A stretch of DNA of 64,000 bases from Toensbergia leucococca (taxonomy: Eukaryota), in assembly GCA_022813965.1 (NCBI GenBank), contig JALDZS010000072.1, positions 1 through 64,000 of the forward strand, given 5' to 3'. A program made the translations under genes and the position numbers. Shown one piece after another: positions 30,560 through 42,149 of the stretch. The first letter of the stretch is position 1; every line of letters starts with the position of its first letter. A model generated the notes under the pieces. The model saw only the letters and a list, made by a program, of their open reading frames with translations. It had not been told where the DNA came from and searched no databases.

Positions 30560-31619
30560 TTACAGATTGCCCTTCCTCGGCGCCATGTTCCTCTCCGCAC
30601 TCAGTATTAATTGCACATGCTGACTCAACGCGACAATATCCCCATATTCGTCCAAAACCACCACTTCTAGATCCGCTCTCCCATTCTGCATCTGCTTTGC
30701 TCGCACCCGGACAAACAACCATTCTACCCCTTCGGGAGGCAGCGCCTTTTTGACTTCGAGATTGAGCAGCAAAGTCGGATACCAGAACCTAGCCCACTTA
30801 TTCTTCTTCAGCTTCGCTTCCACTGCGCCGACCTTGTCTTCACCTGATGGCGCCATCCCCAAGTTCGCATCAGCTGCAGAGGAATTCCCATCTTCTTCTG
30901 GCCGAAATTGCTCGGCTACTTGAGGCCACATGTCCACCACGAAGCCTAGACTGTCCATTGTGAAGCGTTCTCCATTCGCGAAGCAGATCCACTCGTCTAT
31001 AAGGCTCCTTTCCAGCTGAATCTTCCGTGGCAGCCAGAATTTCAGGTATTGGGACGCTTTGCGGAAGGCGGCAAAGGGTATTTGATCTTGCAATTTCCAA
31101 AGCTCATCGTTGTCGCTTCGCAGTTTTGCAATGTCAGCAGGGAACGGTGCGGGGTGGAGGGACCAGTTGGTGGGTAAAGTGAGGCCAGACTCGGTGCTGA
31201 TGTTCGAGTTTGTGATGTAGCCGACGACTTCCTCACGTTTATCGGTGCCCTGGGTAAGGCTGACGTGAATGGTGGAGGTTCGACGGCCGAGCTTGGAGTC
31301 GTGGATTGTGACTGTGGCGGGGCCGGTGGAGGTACGGCGGAGGAAGGTGAGGTAGAGGGTTAGGGTGTGTGGCTGATTGAGAGAAGAGTGGGTCGTGGAG
31401 AAGTGGAGGCGGACCGCGGAAAGGATGCATGAGGTCACATAGCCACCGTGGGGGACTAGGAGCAGGTTCGGCGGTGAGATGTAAACAAGGAGCGGAGATG
31501 AGAGTGGGGTTAGGAGAAAGATTCCTACCACTTCCTACGCTCCAGCTGTCCCGTAGGTTGCAAGAATATTTGTGAGAGTCAATGGCTTTTGTTGCCGTTG
31601 CATTGGCAAAGGAAATCAT
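30560..31619 (-). CDS. Acyl-CoA thioesterase-like (double hot-dog fold) protein, 2 exons
   Basis: WSVGS|VPHGGY, FLRRT..GPA, KLGRRTS, FWYPTLLLNLEVKK, NGRADLEVVVLD..GDIVALSQHV. Confidence 0.88.
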
Positions 31620-31850
31620 TACAACAGAAATATTGGAGGGAGACAGGGCAGGACAAGAGAGTGATGAGTAGCAAAGCTATTGGGAATCAGAGCAAAGAAA
31701 CAAGAAACTAGTGTTCATAATCTTTCAAGAAAGAAGGAGAGAATAGTGTGCGATGATGGGGAATGGAACTATCCGTACTTGGTACTTGGTCGTTGATATG
31801 GTGAAAGCAGACGAAGGAAGAGATTATAGACATAAATGCCTCGGCAAGTA

Positions 31851-31880
31851 ACGTCATTTAATGTCATTTAATGTCATTTA
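31851..31880. repeat. 10-bp tandem repeat (ATGTCATTTA) x3
   Basis: ACGTCATTTA ATGTCATTTA ATGTCATTTA read directly. Confidence 0.9.
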
Positions 31881-32377
31881 GAATACGGATATGGTCGTGT
31901 TAAGTACCTTATAATACGAGTATTCTACTTGTACCTGACGAGCAGAGTACCTCCACGATAGATGACCTCCTTTCCGTTTTCGCTTTTTGGTATACAGGTA
32001 AATACTCCCGGATCCTAGACCTGAGCCTAGGATCGATGGATAGCAATTCAATAATGAAGCCGATGAGGTGGTCTAGAGTCACCTCATTAGGCATAGGGTA
32101 ACGTGTAGGTATAGATGGCCGAACCTGCATAGCGACTCGAGGACTAATAGTTGCTGGGTCAGCGAATGAAGCCATCACGTCTCTTGAAACAGTCTCAGAC
32201 AGCACGAGTACTGTGGTATTAGCACACATTCAAAATAAAACAGTCTAGTTGTTTGATTAGAGTAGGGCTATTGTCGTGTTCATGGTCGGGGGAAACTAAA
32301 CTCTGTCATGACTGCCAAATATGGCTTTCAATGATATGCATGTACGAGGAAAGTAACCTCTGCTTTGTTGATACTCC

Positions 32378-32381
<4 letters not shown>

Positions 32382-32413
<32 letters not shown>
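32382..32413. repeat. (CT)n microsatellite
   Basis: About 16 uninterrupted CT units upstream of the 608-aa ORF. Confidence 0.95.
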
Positions 32414-32416
<3 letters not shown>

Positions 32417-32573
32417 CCTTTCTATTCTCTTCCTTGCCTGACTCTTCTCTTCACCACCACCAACATCTGCTACCGTACGATACATTTTTCACGTTTGGAT
32501 AATTCCAAAGCATCAACTTCTTGCAGCTACTACACTGATATCTCCTTCACCCTATATCGAACTAGCTGCAGTC

Positions 32574-34741
32574 ATGCCAATCAAGTCAAAACCCAAGTCT
32601 AGGTCGCCGTCTGGAAGTACCGAGATCCCGTTTTCACTAGACGTTTTCAGCACGTCGGGTAGCAGGCCAATGCCTATAGGTCCTCCCGATACATCATCCC
32701 TCACGGCAATGCCAGAGTTGGGTCCTGTCATGACCACTGACGACGATTGGAAATCTAATCCCAAGTGGAAGACGCTCATCGGTACCCCGAGCAAGCCTCC
32801 CGTACCACCAAACGTTCTTGTACCAGACTTGTCACCAGCTTTGACTTTCTCCGATTCCGAGACCGAGACCGAGACAACATCGTCACCCTCGGCCACAGGC
32901 TCTTTCATCCATCAGAGACGCCAAGGCGAGTATGTCAAACGTCCACCGGTCTGGAGGTTGAGTGACACAGGAACCGATATCATGGACTGTCCCGAGGAGA
33001 TAGATTCCCCTTATCATTATGAGAAAAACTATGATCCCGTCAAGGATATTAAATGGCCACTAGAACAGCCTGTCAAGCGATCAAATGAACGTCACAACGT
33101 GAACCTCCAAAGCCCCACCTGGTCAAACTTTAATGTTCCTGGTACATCGTACGACAACCAAGTCAGCAGCATGGCTGCAACTTTTACCGAAGAGCCCCTG
33201 GTCGTCAACATTGTACATGTACCTTCAAATGGAGCCCTGGATCCTGCGGCAACTGGGGGCTCCGAAGCTTCCTTGGCACACCTCAATGGCAATGGTACAC
33301 AGGAAGCATCAAGAGACGAAAATGATGGCGTTACTAACACGAATGCTAATGAGCCTGACCCCGACGGTGGTCACCAGACCGGCAGTCAGACTGCCCAAGC
33401 CCCATCTGCCCAATCTACTGATAGGGGAGATTCTAATGCAAGCCAAGCCACGATGATTGGAGACTCTCGGATGGATCCTCGACCTGGTGTTCCGCACATG
33501 GGCCCAATAGAACTACCGGAGGATGCTGGTGCCCTTGAATCCTATCTCGACCTACGATCCCCAGGCAACGGCATCGGTGGTCTCAATCAACGCATTAGTG
33601 TAGGATCTCGTGTCAGGTGTGTCGACGCCACTATAGAACCGAATTCAGAGGGTGCAAATACGCGTCACATCGAAGGATTCAAATCTGAACGTGGCGATTC
33701 GTACATCGTCGCCAAGATGTATGGAGATAGATGGGCCCTGTGTGTCAAGCTCAATACTGAACACCGGTTGGTTGAAAATCTCAATCGGTCACTTAGAAGG
33801 AAATTAGGACTTCAAAGATCCAAGGATGTCATCCATGTGAGATATGATCCTCAAGTCATTAAATTTCTCCCGTTGTGCGATGTGGTCCTTACACAAAACT
33901 ACCGAGCTTACAAGAATAATTGTCAATATCCGCGTACCAGGCTGGTCAATTCACCGATTGGAGTGACTATGGAGCCTGGACGAGATATAGATAAGGGACT
34001 CATTGTCCAAGCTGCTCCTCGAGGTACTTTGAGCAAGAAGGAGCACACGGATGCGACTCTTTTGAAGTATATTATGATCCCGAGATTAGTGTTCGACCAA
34101 TACCAGGACGATCAATCCTCATCGCCTGGCGATAGCGTCGACGACCCTAGTAACAACAATAAGTCTGCCAGCGACAATAAGGATACTGAAAACAAAAAGC
34201 CTTCTGTAGAACTGAAGAGAAAAGTGTGGTGGAAAAGGACATCGGTTAAAAATGTAAAAGTCCCCGCTCAAGCGAATGATGGGGTTGCGAAGAATCTTAT
34301 TGCAAAGACTGATTCCAAAGAAAAAGGTAAGAGGAAGTGCTTCCTCGCTGGAGTGTCTTGGTATTCAGAAAGAGGATGCTGTTTTGATGCTACTGCATAG
34401 TACATACTGATCATGTACTACGACTTAGCCGGTACAATACGCCTACGAGTAAAGGATTCGATGAAGTCTCTTGGAAGAGCAGCCAAAAGCCCCTTCCAGT
34501 CGTCTAAACGAGATGAAAGCGGAAGAACCTCAGCCGGAAACTCGTCTGCAAATCAGCACGACGGCGAATCGGATTCGCCGGCTGGGAATGATGGTGAGCA
34601 GACCCCTTCTCCAGGTCGTCTAAGAGAGTTTTTGGAAGCTGTTACACCACCGGATAAGAGACATCTGTTAGATCCTACTTCTGGAGAGGCAGCTACTAAC
34701 CTCAAGCTTTAGGACTTCCACCAGATCCTCCTCCTTATTAG
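32574..34741 (+). CDS. Orphan, largely disordered protein with a degenerate SH3-like domain; 3' exon structure uncertain
   Basis: 608-aa ORF. Likely intron from 34327 (GTAAGA) to 34428, and another ending at 34712 (TACTAAC branch point). Segment RVRCVDATIEP...GDSYIVAKMYGDRWALCVKL...FLPLCDV resembles an SH3 pattern. Confidence 0.6.
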
Positions 34742-35994
34742 CCCAAGAAGAACCGGACAAAGGTTACTAGTATTCAACCGAGTGTTCAGCCCTCCGAGTG
34801 ACTCGGATTCTGAGCTCAATCTTTCGGAACTCGACTAGAACTTGGTGTTTCTACTTTCTCGAGCTTAAGATCGGCAAGTTTTCTTCGTTGATATCGTTCG
34901 ATCTGTTCCTTTGACTGGAGGAACAGACTTCGATTGCTAGTCGTTGGAGGAGTGACTTGACACTGTCAGTCTGTCAGTTGTTTTCGAGAGGGGCTCTCTT
35001 TCTTCTTGGCTCCATCTACTTCTTTCTTTTGGGAGATAGAGTCATGTGTCGATTTGAGTCTTTGATTTCGAAGACTTGTTCTTATTCTTGCATGGGGTAT
35101 CTGCTATGGTTGTAGATACTTTCGTTTCTTTTTTTCGGGTTTTTTCTTTTGGTGTTTTTCGATTGATGGCCTTCTCAACATGATGGTATGAGCTTTGTTT
35201 GTCACGGGCGTTGTCTTGATTAATTCTTTAGAGGGATAGAGTTTTGTTAGAATCAGTGTTGTCTTCAAATACAATGGAACAGAATTGGCTCTTTTGAGGT
35301 ATGGCTTCAATAAGAAAAAAGTCAATACACGTCTACTGGATTCGGCTCTCATTAGGAGAGGTCTTGTTCGCCGATTCGACTCGATTTCGATTACTATTCT
35401 TTGTATGGGCACGTACATGATAAGCACTGTCCCGTCACGAGAATCTTTTCAACTTCGCTATGTAGCCATTGGCCTACCTTGAACGCTGCAACCGGGACAT
35501 AGGTGCTCCATCGACCTATCAATCATTCGTCAGTACCATTAGGCATCCGTCCATCCGGCCTTTCGCCCTCGCAGTCATGTGCGCAAAACACAAGCCCGGC
35601 ATCTCTGCAGCAGCTTCAAAGCGATTCCACCGCCTCAGGAGCTACTCAATCCCCAAATCTATCTCTACACTATTCCTACCGAACGTGGCCTTGATTTTAC
35701 TCTCGGTCTTATTGAGAAGCCTAGGATTCAGCACATAAGGCTCAGTCTTACGTCTTCACTGGCAACTGGATCAATTGGAGCGAAAGGTCGTGTATTCGGT
35801 GGTACAGTCACCTCTCACTGCCCAACTTCTTCGATCCGAGTACTCCCGCCAGGAACAGAGGGACGGGATCGGGAATCGAGCTCGGATGAAGCTGATTTTT
35901 GTGGAGCAGTCTTTTATAAAGGGAGATCATGTTGCGCTTCTTCGGCCGTTGCTGGAAGGTTTAGTGTGCATGTTCGTCGGTCGTTGGTTCGGGT

Positions 35995-36910
35995 AGGTGG
36001 ATGGTAGGTAGACGGCATGTTATTCGACAAAGGATCTGAAAATGAAGAGAGAGAGGGAGCTTTCTTTTTCCTATAAAGACGAAAAGAAAGAAAAGCTCCC
36101 CTTTGTATTTGGCTCATGATGTATGGACACCCCCTGATCCCCCCTGGTGCCCTAATACCCTTGCCCAATACCGCATAGGAAAATATCATGACTCTGCACT
36201 TCACCTCTATTATATGTCATTTACCTCCTCAATTGCGTGCCATTCACAAGCAGTATCACCAAGGAAAACATGGCGATTTCATATTTATTGAATATATTCA
36301 TTTTCTCACCTCCTCACCCGCTCCCCTGAGTGAGTGCAATATTGACGCATTTTATCCTCACCTCAACGAGTCGTCCATCACCCTACCCTTTTACCTGAGA
36401 ACGATGAACTGTGTCAGGCCCTTCAGATTGTGATCAATTTGAATATAGCGTCAAATTGAACATGCGATGATATTTGCCTATGATTGCATCTGAGGAGGTG
36501 AAGTTTTTTTTTTTTTAAAAAAACAAATAAGGTGATGGCACTAATTTTTTTTTTCCTATGTGATATTCTACTGCGTGATACAAGATTAATGAGGTATGAG
36601 TATATGATATGTGAATGAGGGTAGGAAGTTTGAGTTCAAATGAGGTCCAAAAATCATTTATGATAGTTTTTCTTGATGATTCATGCGCTCATGAGTGGGC
36701 ATTTACATATCAAAAGGGGTGGGGGTGTCCATGTATGTTCATAACATGTACAAATGTATTGACAATTCCAAAAGAAAAAACAAATCCCAGATACAAAGGG
36801 GAGCTTTGCTTTCTTTTTCGTCTTTGAAAGGGAAATCGACAGCTCTCTCTCTCCCTCTCTATATATTTTTCTAGTCCTTTGTTGAATACGCTGTCTACCT
36901 ACGATCTATC
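35995..36910. repeat. Long degenerate inverted repeat (palindrome or foldback remnant) centred near 36370
   Basis: Nested reverse-complement blocks 36004-13/36893-902, 36021-34/36875-88, 36075-108/36791-825, 36123-34/36721-32, 36174-83/36551-60. Confidence 0.75.
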
Positions 36911-37174
36911 ACAGCTCTCATCTCGCCTCCTTATCAGTAGCTCCGCTATATCAAGTTCAGATGCTAGGTCTTGAACCACCAAATTAGCATAAAGGACAAA
37001 AAATGGGTCCAGATGAAAAGAGAGAGCATGCTACGCTTCAATTATATCACTAAGTAATATTGTGATAATGTACAAGAATAATGCATCAATTATTATATAT
37101 ATCCACCTACTCAACCTCCCCCCCCCCAAAATCCCAAAACTCCTCCCAACATCCTCCACCAAAAAAAACCCCTC

Positions 37175-38719
37175 TCACAACTCATCCCACCTCCTCACCA
37201 CCCCCCCACCACCCGTCTCAGGACTAACAACATCATTCCAATACCCATAAAAGCTACTCCTCCTCACCTGACTTCCCCTCCCCCCCACCCACCTGCTCTC
37301 CTCACTCGCCGGAATCGGCGGAATCGGAACCCCGTACCCCACGCTACTGCCCGTCGCAATGGGCGGCAGGACAGGCCGCCTGTGCTTTTCGGTCTGCTGG
37401 TGGGGTGGTGGCGGTTGTTGCGGGAGCAGAGGCCGGCGGGAGAGCGTGGGGGTTGGGGGGACTTGGCGGCCCGGGGGAAGGGGAGCAGGGGCTGTGGAGG
37501 TGAGGTTGCGGGTGCGGCTTGTTTGCGCCGGAGGGAGAGAGGGGGGTTGGATGAAGGGGTAGAGTTGTGGGCGTTGGGTGGTGGCGTTTGAGCGGTGGAG
37601 GGGAGTGTGGTTTGTTTGATGGTTTGGTTGCGAGGGTGGTGGTGGGGTGGTGGGGGAAGAGGGCGAGGAAGAAAAGGGGTTTTGCGCTATGGGGGAGAAG
37701 GAGGGGGGGTAGGGTCGGAGGGCGGGGTGAATGTTTGTGTAGTCTATTGGTGGAATTGAGGTGGAGGGGCGGTTGTTGCGGTAGTAGAAGGAGTCTTTTA
37801 GGGGGGGGATGGGTGGGACAGGTGGCGCCGAGTCTGGGAGGGCAGTCGGGAAGTCATCTGGATAGAAGGAGGTTAGGGAGTTGGGTTTTGCGCGGTGGTG
37901 GGAGAAGGTGTGAGCGGTACAGGATTCGTAGAGGATATTCTCTGAGGGAGTCAGGGGTGACATTGGGGCACCGCAGAGGGAGCAGGTTGGTAGGGTTGGT
38001 AGGGGAGGAGAAGTTTCCTGCAAGAAATCCGACCATTTGGTTTGGCGGTCGTTTTGGGGACTGATGATTTGGGGGCTGGCGTGTTGGCTCCGGTGGGGAT
38101 TGTTTGGGGGGGAAGGCGTCACGCGAATGCTATGGGCCGGCCCGGCGTTTAGGGATTTGGTAACCAGGCGGGGGGAGGGGGATCGGATGGCGTAACCATT
38201 AGTGGCTTGGTGTGAGGCGGCTGGGTTGGCTATGGGTGCTTTGGTTTTGGATTTTGGCCGGGTGTGTATAGGTGGGTTTGGTTGCAAACGCTGCGATTTG
38301 AGGTCCTTGTAGATGCTTTTGTGCTGCTGGCTTTGGCGGCGGTATTCCACGGCCGCGTCATGGTGGTAGTCCTCGACGACTTCTTTATAAGCGTCTTGGA
38401 ACTCCCCAATCACAGTTGCGATTTTCCCGCTGATGCCTCGTTTGGGCTTTTGACGGGATGCTTGAGGCCTTTGGAGAGGCTCGACAGGGCGGGTCCAGTC
38501 TGTGCTCTGCGTTTTGTAGGTTCGGGCTGGGTTTTGTTTTTTGCTATCTGAGTGTGGGACCGTGTCAGTTCGTCTTACCTTGTCGATGTCTTGGTAGGTG
38601 ATGTTGTGGGCGTTTCCTGTTGGGGTTGATTCCGGGACACGGAAGGAGAAAAAGTTTGAGAGTTTCTGTAGGGTGGATGTTGGCCGGGCATGCATTTTAC
38701 TGTCGCGGCGAGAAGGCAT
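37175..38719 (-). CDS. Proline-rich hypothetical protein (514 aa, intronless)
   Basis: Long ATG-initiated ORF, disordered and Pro-rich, with CSLC and a C-terminal RRSSFYGYWNDV; no family recognised. Confidence 0.7.
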   Translation of the reverse strand: MPSRRDSKMHARPTSTLQKLSNFFSFRVPESTPTGNAHNITYQDIDKVRRTDTVPHSDSKKQNPARTYKTQSTDWTRPVEPLQRPQASRQKPKRGISGKIATVIGEFQDAYKEVVEDYHHDAAVEYRRQSQQHKSIYKDLKSQRLQPNPPIHTRPKSKTKAPIANPAASHQATNGYAIRSPSPRLVTKSLNAGPAHSIRVTPSPPNNPHRSQHASPQIISPQNDRQTKWSDFLQETSPPLPTLPTCSLCGAPMSPLTPSENILYESCTAHTFSHHRAKPNSLTSFYPDDFPTALPDSAPPVPPIPPLKDSFYYRNNRPSTSIPPIDYTNIHPALRPYPPSFSPIAQNPFSSSPSSPTTPPPPSQPNHQTNHTPLHRSNATTQRPQLYPFIQPPSLPPAQTSRTRNLTSTAPAPLPPGRQVPPTPTLSRRPLLPQQPPPPHQQTEKHRRPVLPPIATGSSVGYGVPIPPIPASEESRWVGGRGSQVRRSSFYGYWNDVVSPETGGGGVVRRWDEL

Positions 38720-39208
38720 GGTGATTGCTGCGCAAGAAGCGTTTAGTCTGATAGATATTAGGGAAATTTATGAGCAGGAGGAAGCAGAACACGAGAGAAA
38801 TGGATAAGAGTATTTGTAGAGAATCATCGGGAATAAAGCACTGCGATACCTTAACAAAGACCTCATTGATAATGGGATTGTGGTCTTTGTTCCTTTGTTG
38901 TCCTACAGCCTTTGTACTTCACGAACGAGCATCGTCCTTGTGTCTAGCCTCACTATGGCAATGGTCTAGGGCGATCGAAGAATTAAAGCAGTAATATTCG
39001 AAGATTATGGTAACATGAGTGAATTCATTTTATATGAAGCCTTTTGAGCTCCAAGCGTACGCCATGAAGATAGATCAGAAATGTAATGCATCCAACCGAC
39101 CAACTCCTATCGTGGGTCGTTAGTCAAAAAGTCAGCAATCCCTAGACCTTGGGAGGCTTACCTATACCCTTACCAGCACAAGTCGATGGTCCAGACAAAT
39201 CATCCAAG

Positions 39209-40057
39209 CTATATGGCGAAGGCCATAGTGCCAAACAACACCAGAATACCGGTCAAGTATGATATGCCTGATGACTTACTTGATGACCCGCCGGTGAATG
39301 GAGTGATCGATGAGCCGTTGCTGCCAGAACTTCCAGATGGCGGAGCACCACTTGGAGCAACACCCACGCGACCTTGAGTGACTGGAGCCGCTAGCGATGG
39401 GACAACTCCAGCAGCGCCGGGAGCGCCTGAGGCACTTGCGCCAGCTGCGCCGGCTGGAGCCTCACTACCTGCGCTTGGGCCAGCCTCGCCAGCAGGAGCA
39501 CCACCGGCAGCAGGGGCACCACCGGCAGCAGGAGATCCATTGGCAGCAGGAGCACCACCAGCAGCGGGAGCGCCACCAGCAGCAGGGGTTGAACCACCGG
39601 TGGGGGAGGCAGCATTGACTGCAGCGGGCGCACCGGCGCCAGGTGTTGCAGCACCAGCTACAGGAGTCGTCAATGTGGCAGTGACTGGCTGCTCACCGCA
39701 GACATCGCAAGTGGCCGTGGTTACGGTGAAGCCTTGCGGGACGTAGTCGGCTGCTCGAGATTGATCCGCCTTGCTGCAAGATTCGGTGACTGTGTACGTC
39801 TTTTCTTGCATACCAGTGGGGCAGAATTCGGAATAAACAGTCGTGTAAGTCGTTACTAGGCCAGCGTCACGGTCTTCGCACTCTGGGCAATATGTCTGAA
39901 CGACTGTGTTAACAACAGTAGACGGGCCATTCGTATAGGTGGAACAATCGTCGTAGTATTCGGTGACGATTGAGACTCCAATAGATGTAGTAAGTGATGA
40001 TGATTGAGCAGAGGCACCAATGGCAATGGCCACGGTGGCGGCAATGGCAGGCCTCAT
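39209..40057 (-). CDS. Secreted, probably GPI-anchored cell-wall protein with Thr/Cys repeats and Ala/Gly/Pro repeats
   Basis: Signal peptide MRPAIAATVAIAIGASA, TYTTVYSEFCPTG and TVTTATCDVCG repeats, AAGGAP repeats, FTGGS followed by a hydrophobic C-terminal tail. Confidence 0.88.
   Translation of the reverse strand: MRPAIAATVAIAIGASAQSSSLTTSIGVSIVTEYYDDCSTYTNGPSTVVNTVVQTYCPECEDRDAGLVTTYTTVYSEFCPTGMQEKTYTVTESCSKADQSRAADYVPQGFTVTTATCDVCGEQPVTATLTTPVAGAATPGAGAPAAVNAASPTGGSTPAAGGAPAAGGAPAANGSPAAGGAPAAGGAPAGEAGPSAGSEAPAGAAGASASGAPGAAGVVPSLAAPVTQGRVGVAPSGAPPSGSSGSNGSSITPFTGGSSSKSSGISYLTGILVLFGTMAFAI
39489..39588. repeat. Intragenic 18-bp minisatellite (about 5 units) encoding AAGGAP
   Basis: Imperfect tandem units such as GCAGCAGGAGCACCACCA on the plus strand. 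Confidence 0.85.
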
Positions 40058-41558
40058 GGCGTGTATTCAGGTAGGAGAATGTTTTCCTGCTTGGGCAAAA
40101 TTATAAAATAAAGAATTAGGGGATGACGCGGTTGAAACAAAAAATGTGTAAATGAGTGTATTCTGTTCGACGATGACGGGCAAGGAACGTAAGGGAGCAA
40201 AGCTGGTTGAGCAAAAAGCTGAAGGCAGTGATCTTATAATTGAAGGCTGGCTAGCGTGTTTTGTTCCACATATCTTCACGTTGTATCAAGAATGCCGGAA
40301 GCCGCAAGCAATCATAACAAACACGTTCAGGAATGCAAGACGAGATCACCAAAGAGATTGATATAAGAATATATTTGCGAAGGGGCGTGGCGAGGCTTGA
40401 ATTTTGCTGGAAAACACGTTCTTTGCAATAAGAGATGCTATATCAGTAAGAGAATCAGTAGAATCGAGCAGATTCAACGGCAGCAATAGGATGAGTATAA
40501 AGAAACCCAACAACTTTGGGAGCAGATTTAGAAACGAAAAGATGCCAAGCAGATCCGACACCGCTCGAAATTCAACGGCCGTGACGGCTATGGTAGATGC
40601 TTCCAGCAATAATGGTACGGGCAGCAGCATTATAATTGCAAGGAGAGGCGCAACATGTGTCCCATCTATCGACATTCACCTCCCATCGCTCTCATCAAAG
40701 AGAACCCGTAATAACGAGAGGGGAACTTCCTATCCAGGATCTATTTTGTATTTATCTGCAGAACCACTGCAACTCAAAAGAGACGCATGGCAACACGTTG
40801 CTGTAAAGTCAAATGCGGAGCAACGGTCGTGGCTGGTTCTGGTGCTTTTTGATGAGGAAAGAAAGAAAGGAATTCCGAGAGGCGACGTTGGAATGTCATG
40901 GGCGGAATTCTTCGCTTAGTCAGCATTGTGCGCACTAGAGTAATTACGTGAGTACCTTAGTGTCGAAGTGGTGGAGGGATATCAAGGGTTCAAGTCTTAA
41001 AATCAGCATACCTATCGAGTATCAGCTATTCTATTATTGCACGCTTTAAAATCCATTACTTCTTCAACATCGCTTGCATTAAGCCCATATGATATCCCTC
41101 TCTACGCAAATCAAAGACCTAAAGGCCCCCTCCTACTCTATAGGTCTCAAACCCGGACAGATTACTTCTCCAGCAAGGCAGAGATGGTCCCCAATTAGAC
41201 GCCCTTTTCATCAACTTGAAATAGCACAACAAAAAGAGTGCGATTGCTTGAGAGTTTCCACACCAATATGTCCATCAGACATTACAATCAAGGAATGTAA
41301 TAGACTCTATCGAACGCCATTCGATGAACGCCGGTAGCACAGTGTGGATCGACCACTAATGAGAGTAGAAATCGTATCACTAGAAAAGCCATCTCGGATA
41401 GGCTGTTGTCGTCGCAGGATCAAACAGTTTATGCATCAGCATGAGTCAACGCCTGCAAGCACATCTTGTCAGCATTTCTTCTTGGACACCTCGAGGCCAG
41501 TCAATGTATCCTCCGATGTGTCGTACCTTTTGTCCTTCAGAGCAAACCGAATATCATA

Positions 41559-42149
41559 CTAGCTTGACCCATCGTTATCTCCAATCTTTCCCTGCGAATT
41601 GACAGTTTTCCAAACCCCACCACCAACAGCCTTACTGACGCCGACGCCAATCCCAACGGCAGCACCAACGATAATCAGCGCGATTATAATCTTCGCCCAA
41701 AGCTTCTGCTTCCTGTCAAGGTTCCTGAATGGACTGCATCCCTTGCTCTTCTTCACCGCCAAGCTCTTTTCCAGGAGCTGATGTTTGCCCGGCCATACTG
41801 TGCATTCTTTCCTAGGCCTTGTTGTTCTTATCGAATGAAGACTTGGCGCCCCAGCTTCGAGGTCGTGCTCGTATACTCTAAGGTTAGTTTTTGACTCGGA
41901 CATGCGTTGTTCAAATGAAGTCCGCGTGGTGGGATGAGAGTAGAAGGCTGAGAAAGGGTGGGTGGAAGCTGGGTCGTATTCTTCATTTGGTGTTTGGCAT
42001 TGTGAAGGAGAGAATTGGAGAGATTGGAACGAGGCATGGTCAGCCGAGTTTTTCGGGAGGGTCAGGAGTGGCCGAGTGGCTGTTGATGTGGCTTGTGTAT
42101 CCCCATGAGCGACATCTGCTCCCACAGCTGACTTTTCGTCGTAGACCAT
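41559..42149 (-). CDS. Hypothetical protein with a single C-terminal transmembrane helix
   Basis: ATG at 42149. Non-random segments PFSAFYSHP.TR.S, ECTVWPG and KLWAKIIIALIIVGAAVGIGVGVSKAVGGGVWK. Confidence 0.8.
   Translation of the reverse strand: MVYDEKSAVGADVAHGDTQATSTATRPLLTLPKNSADHASFQSLQFSPSQCQTPNEEYDPASTHPFSAFYSHPTTRTSFEQRMSESKTNLRVYEHDLEAGAPSLHSIRTTRPRKECTVWPGKHQLLEKSLAVKKSKGCSPFRNLDRKQKLWAKIIIALIIVGAAVGIGVGVSKAVGGGVWKTVNSQGKIGDNDGSS

Noticed and set aside
31909..32229. 106-aa minus-strand ORF between the thioesterase and the orphan gene
   Set aside because: No recognisable motif and it lies in a divergent promoter region, so it cannot be supported.
35100..36010. Overlapping ORFs suggestive of a pseudogene
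   Set aside because: No family resemblance in any frame.
40346..40919. 171-aa plus-strand and 109-aa minus-strand ORFs
   Set aside because: Low-complexity sequence, most likely the leader or promoter of the GPI protein gene.
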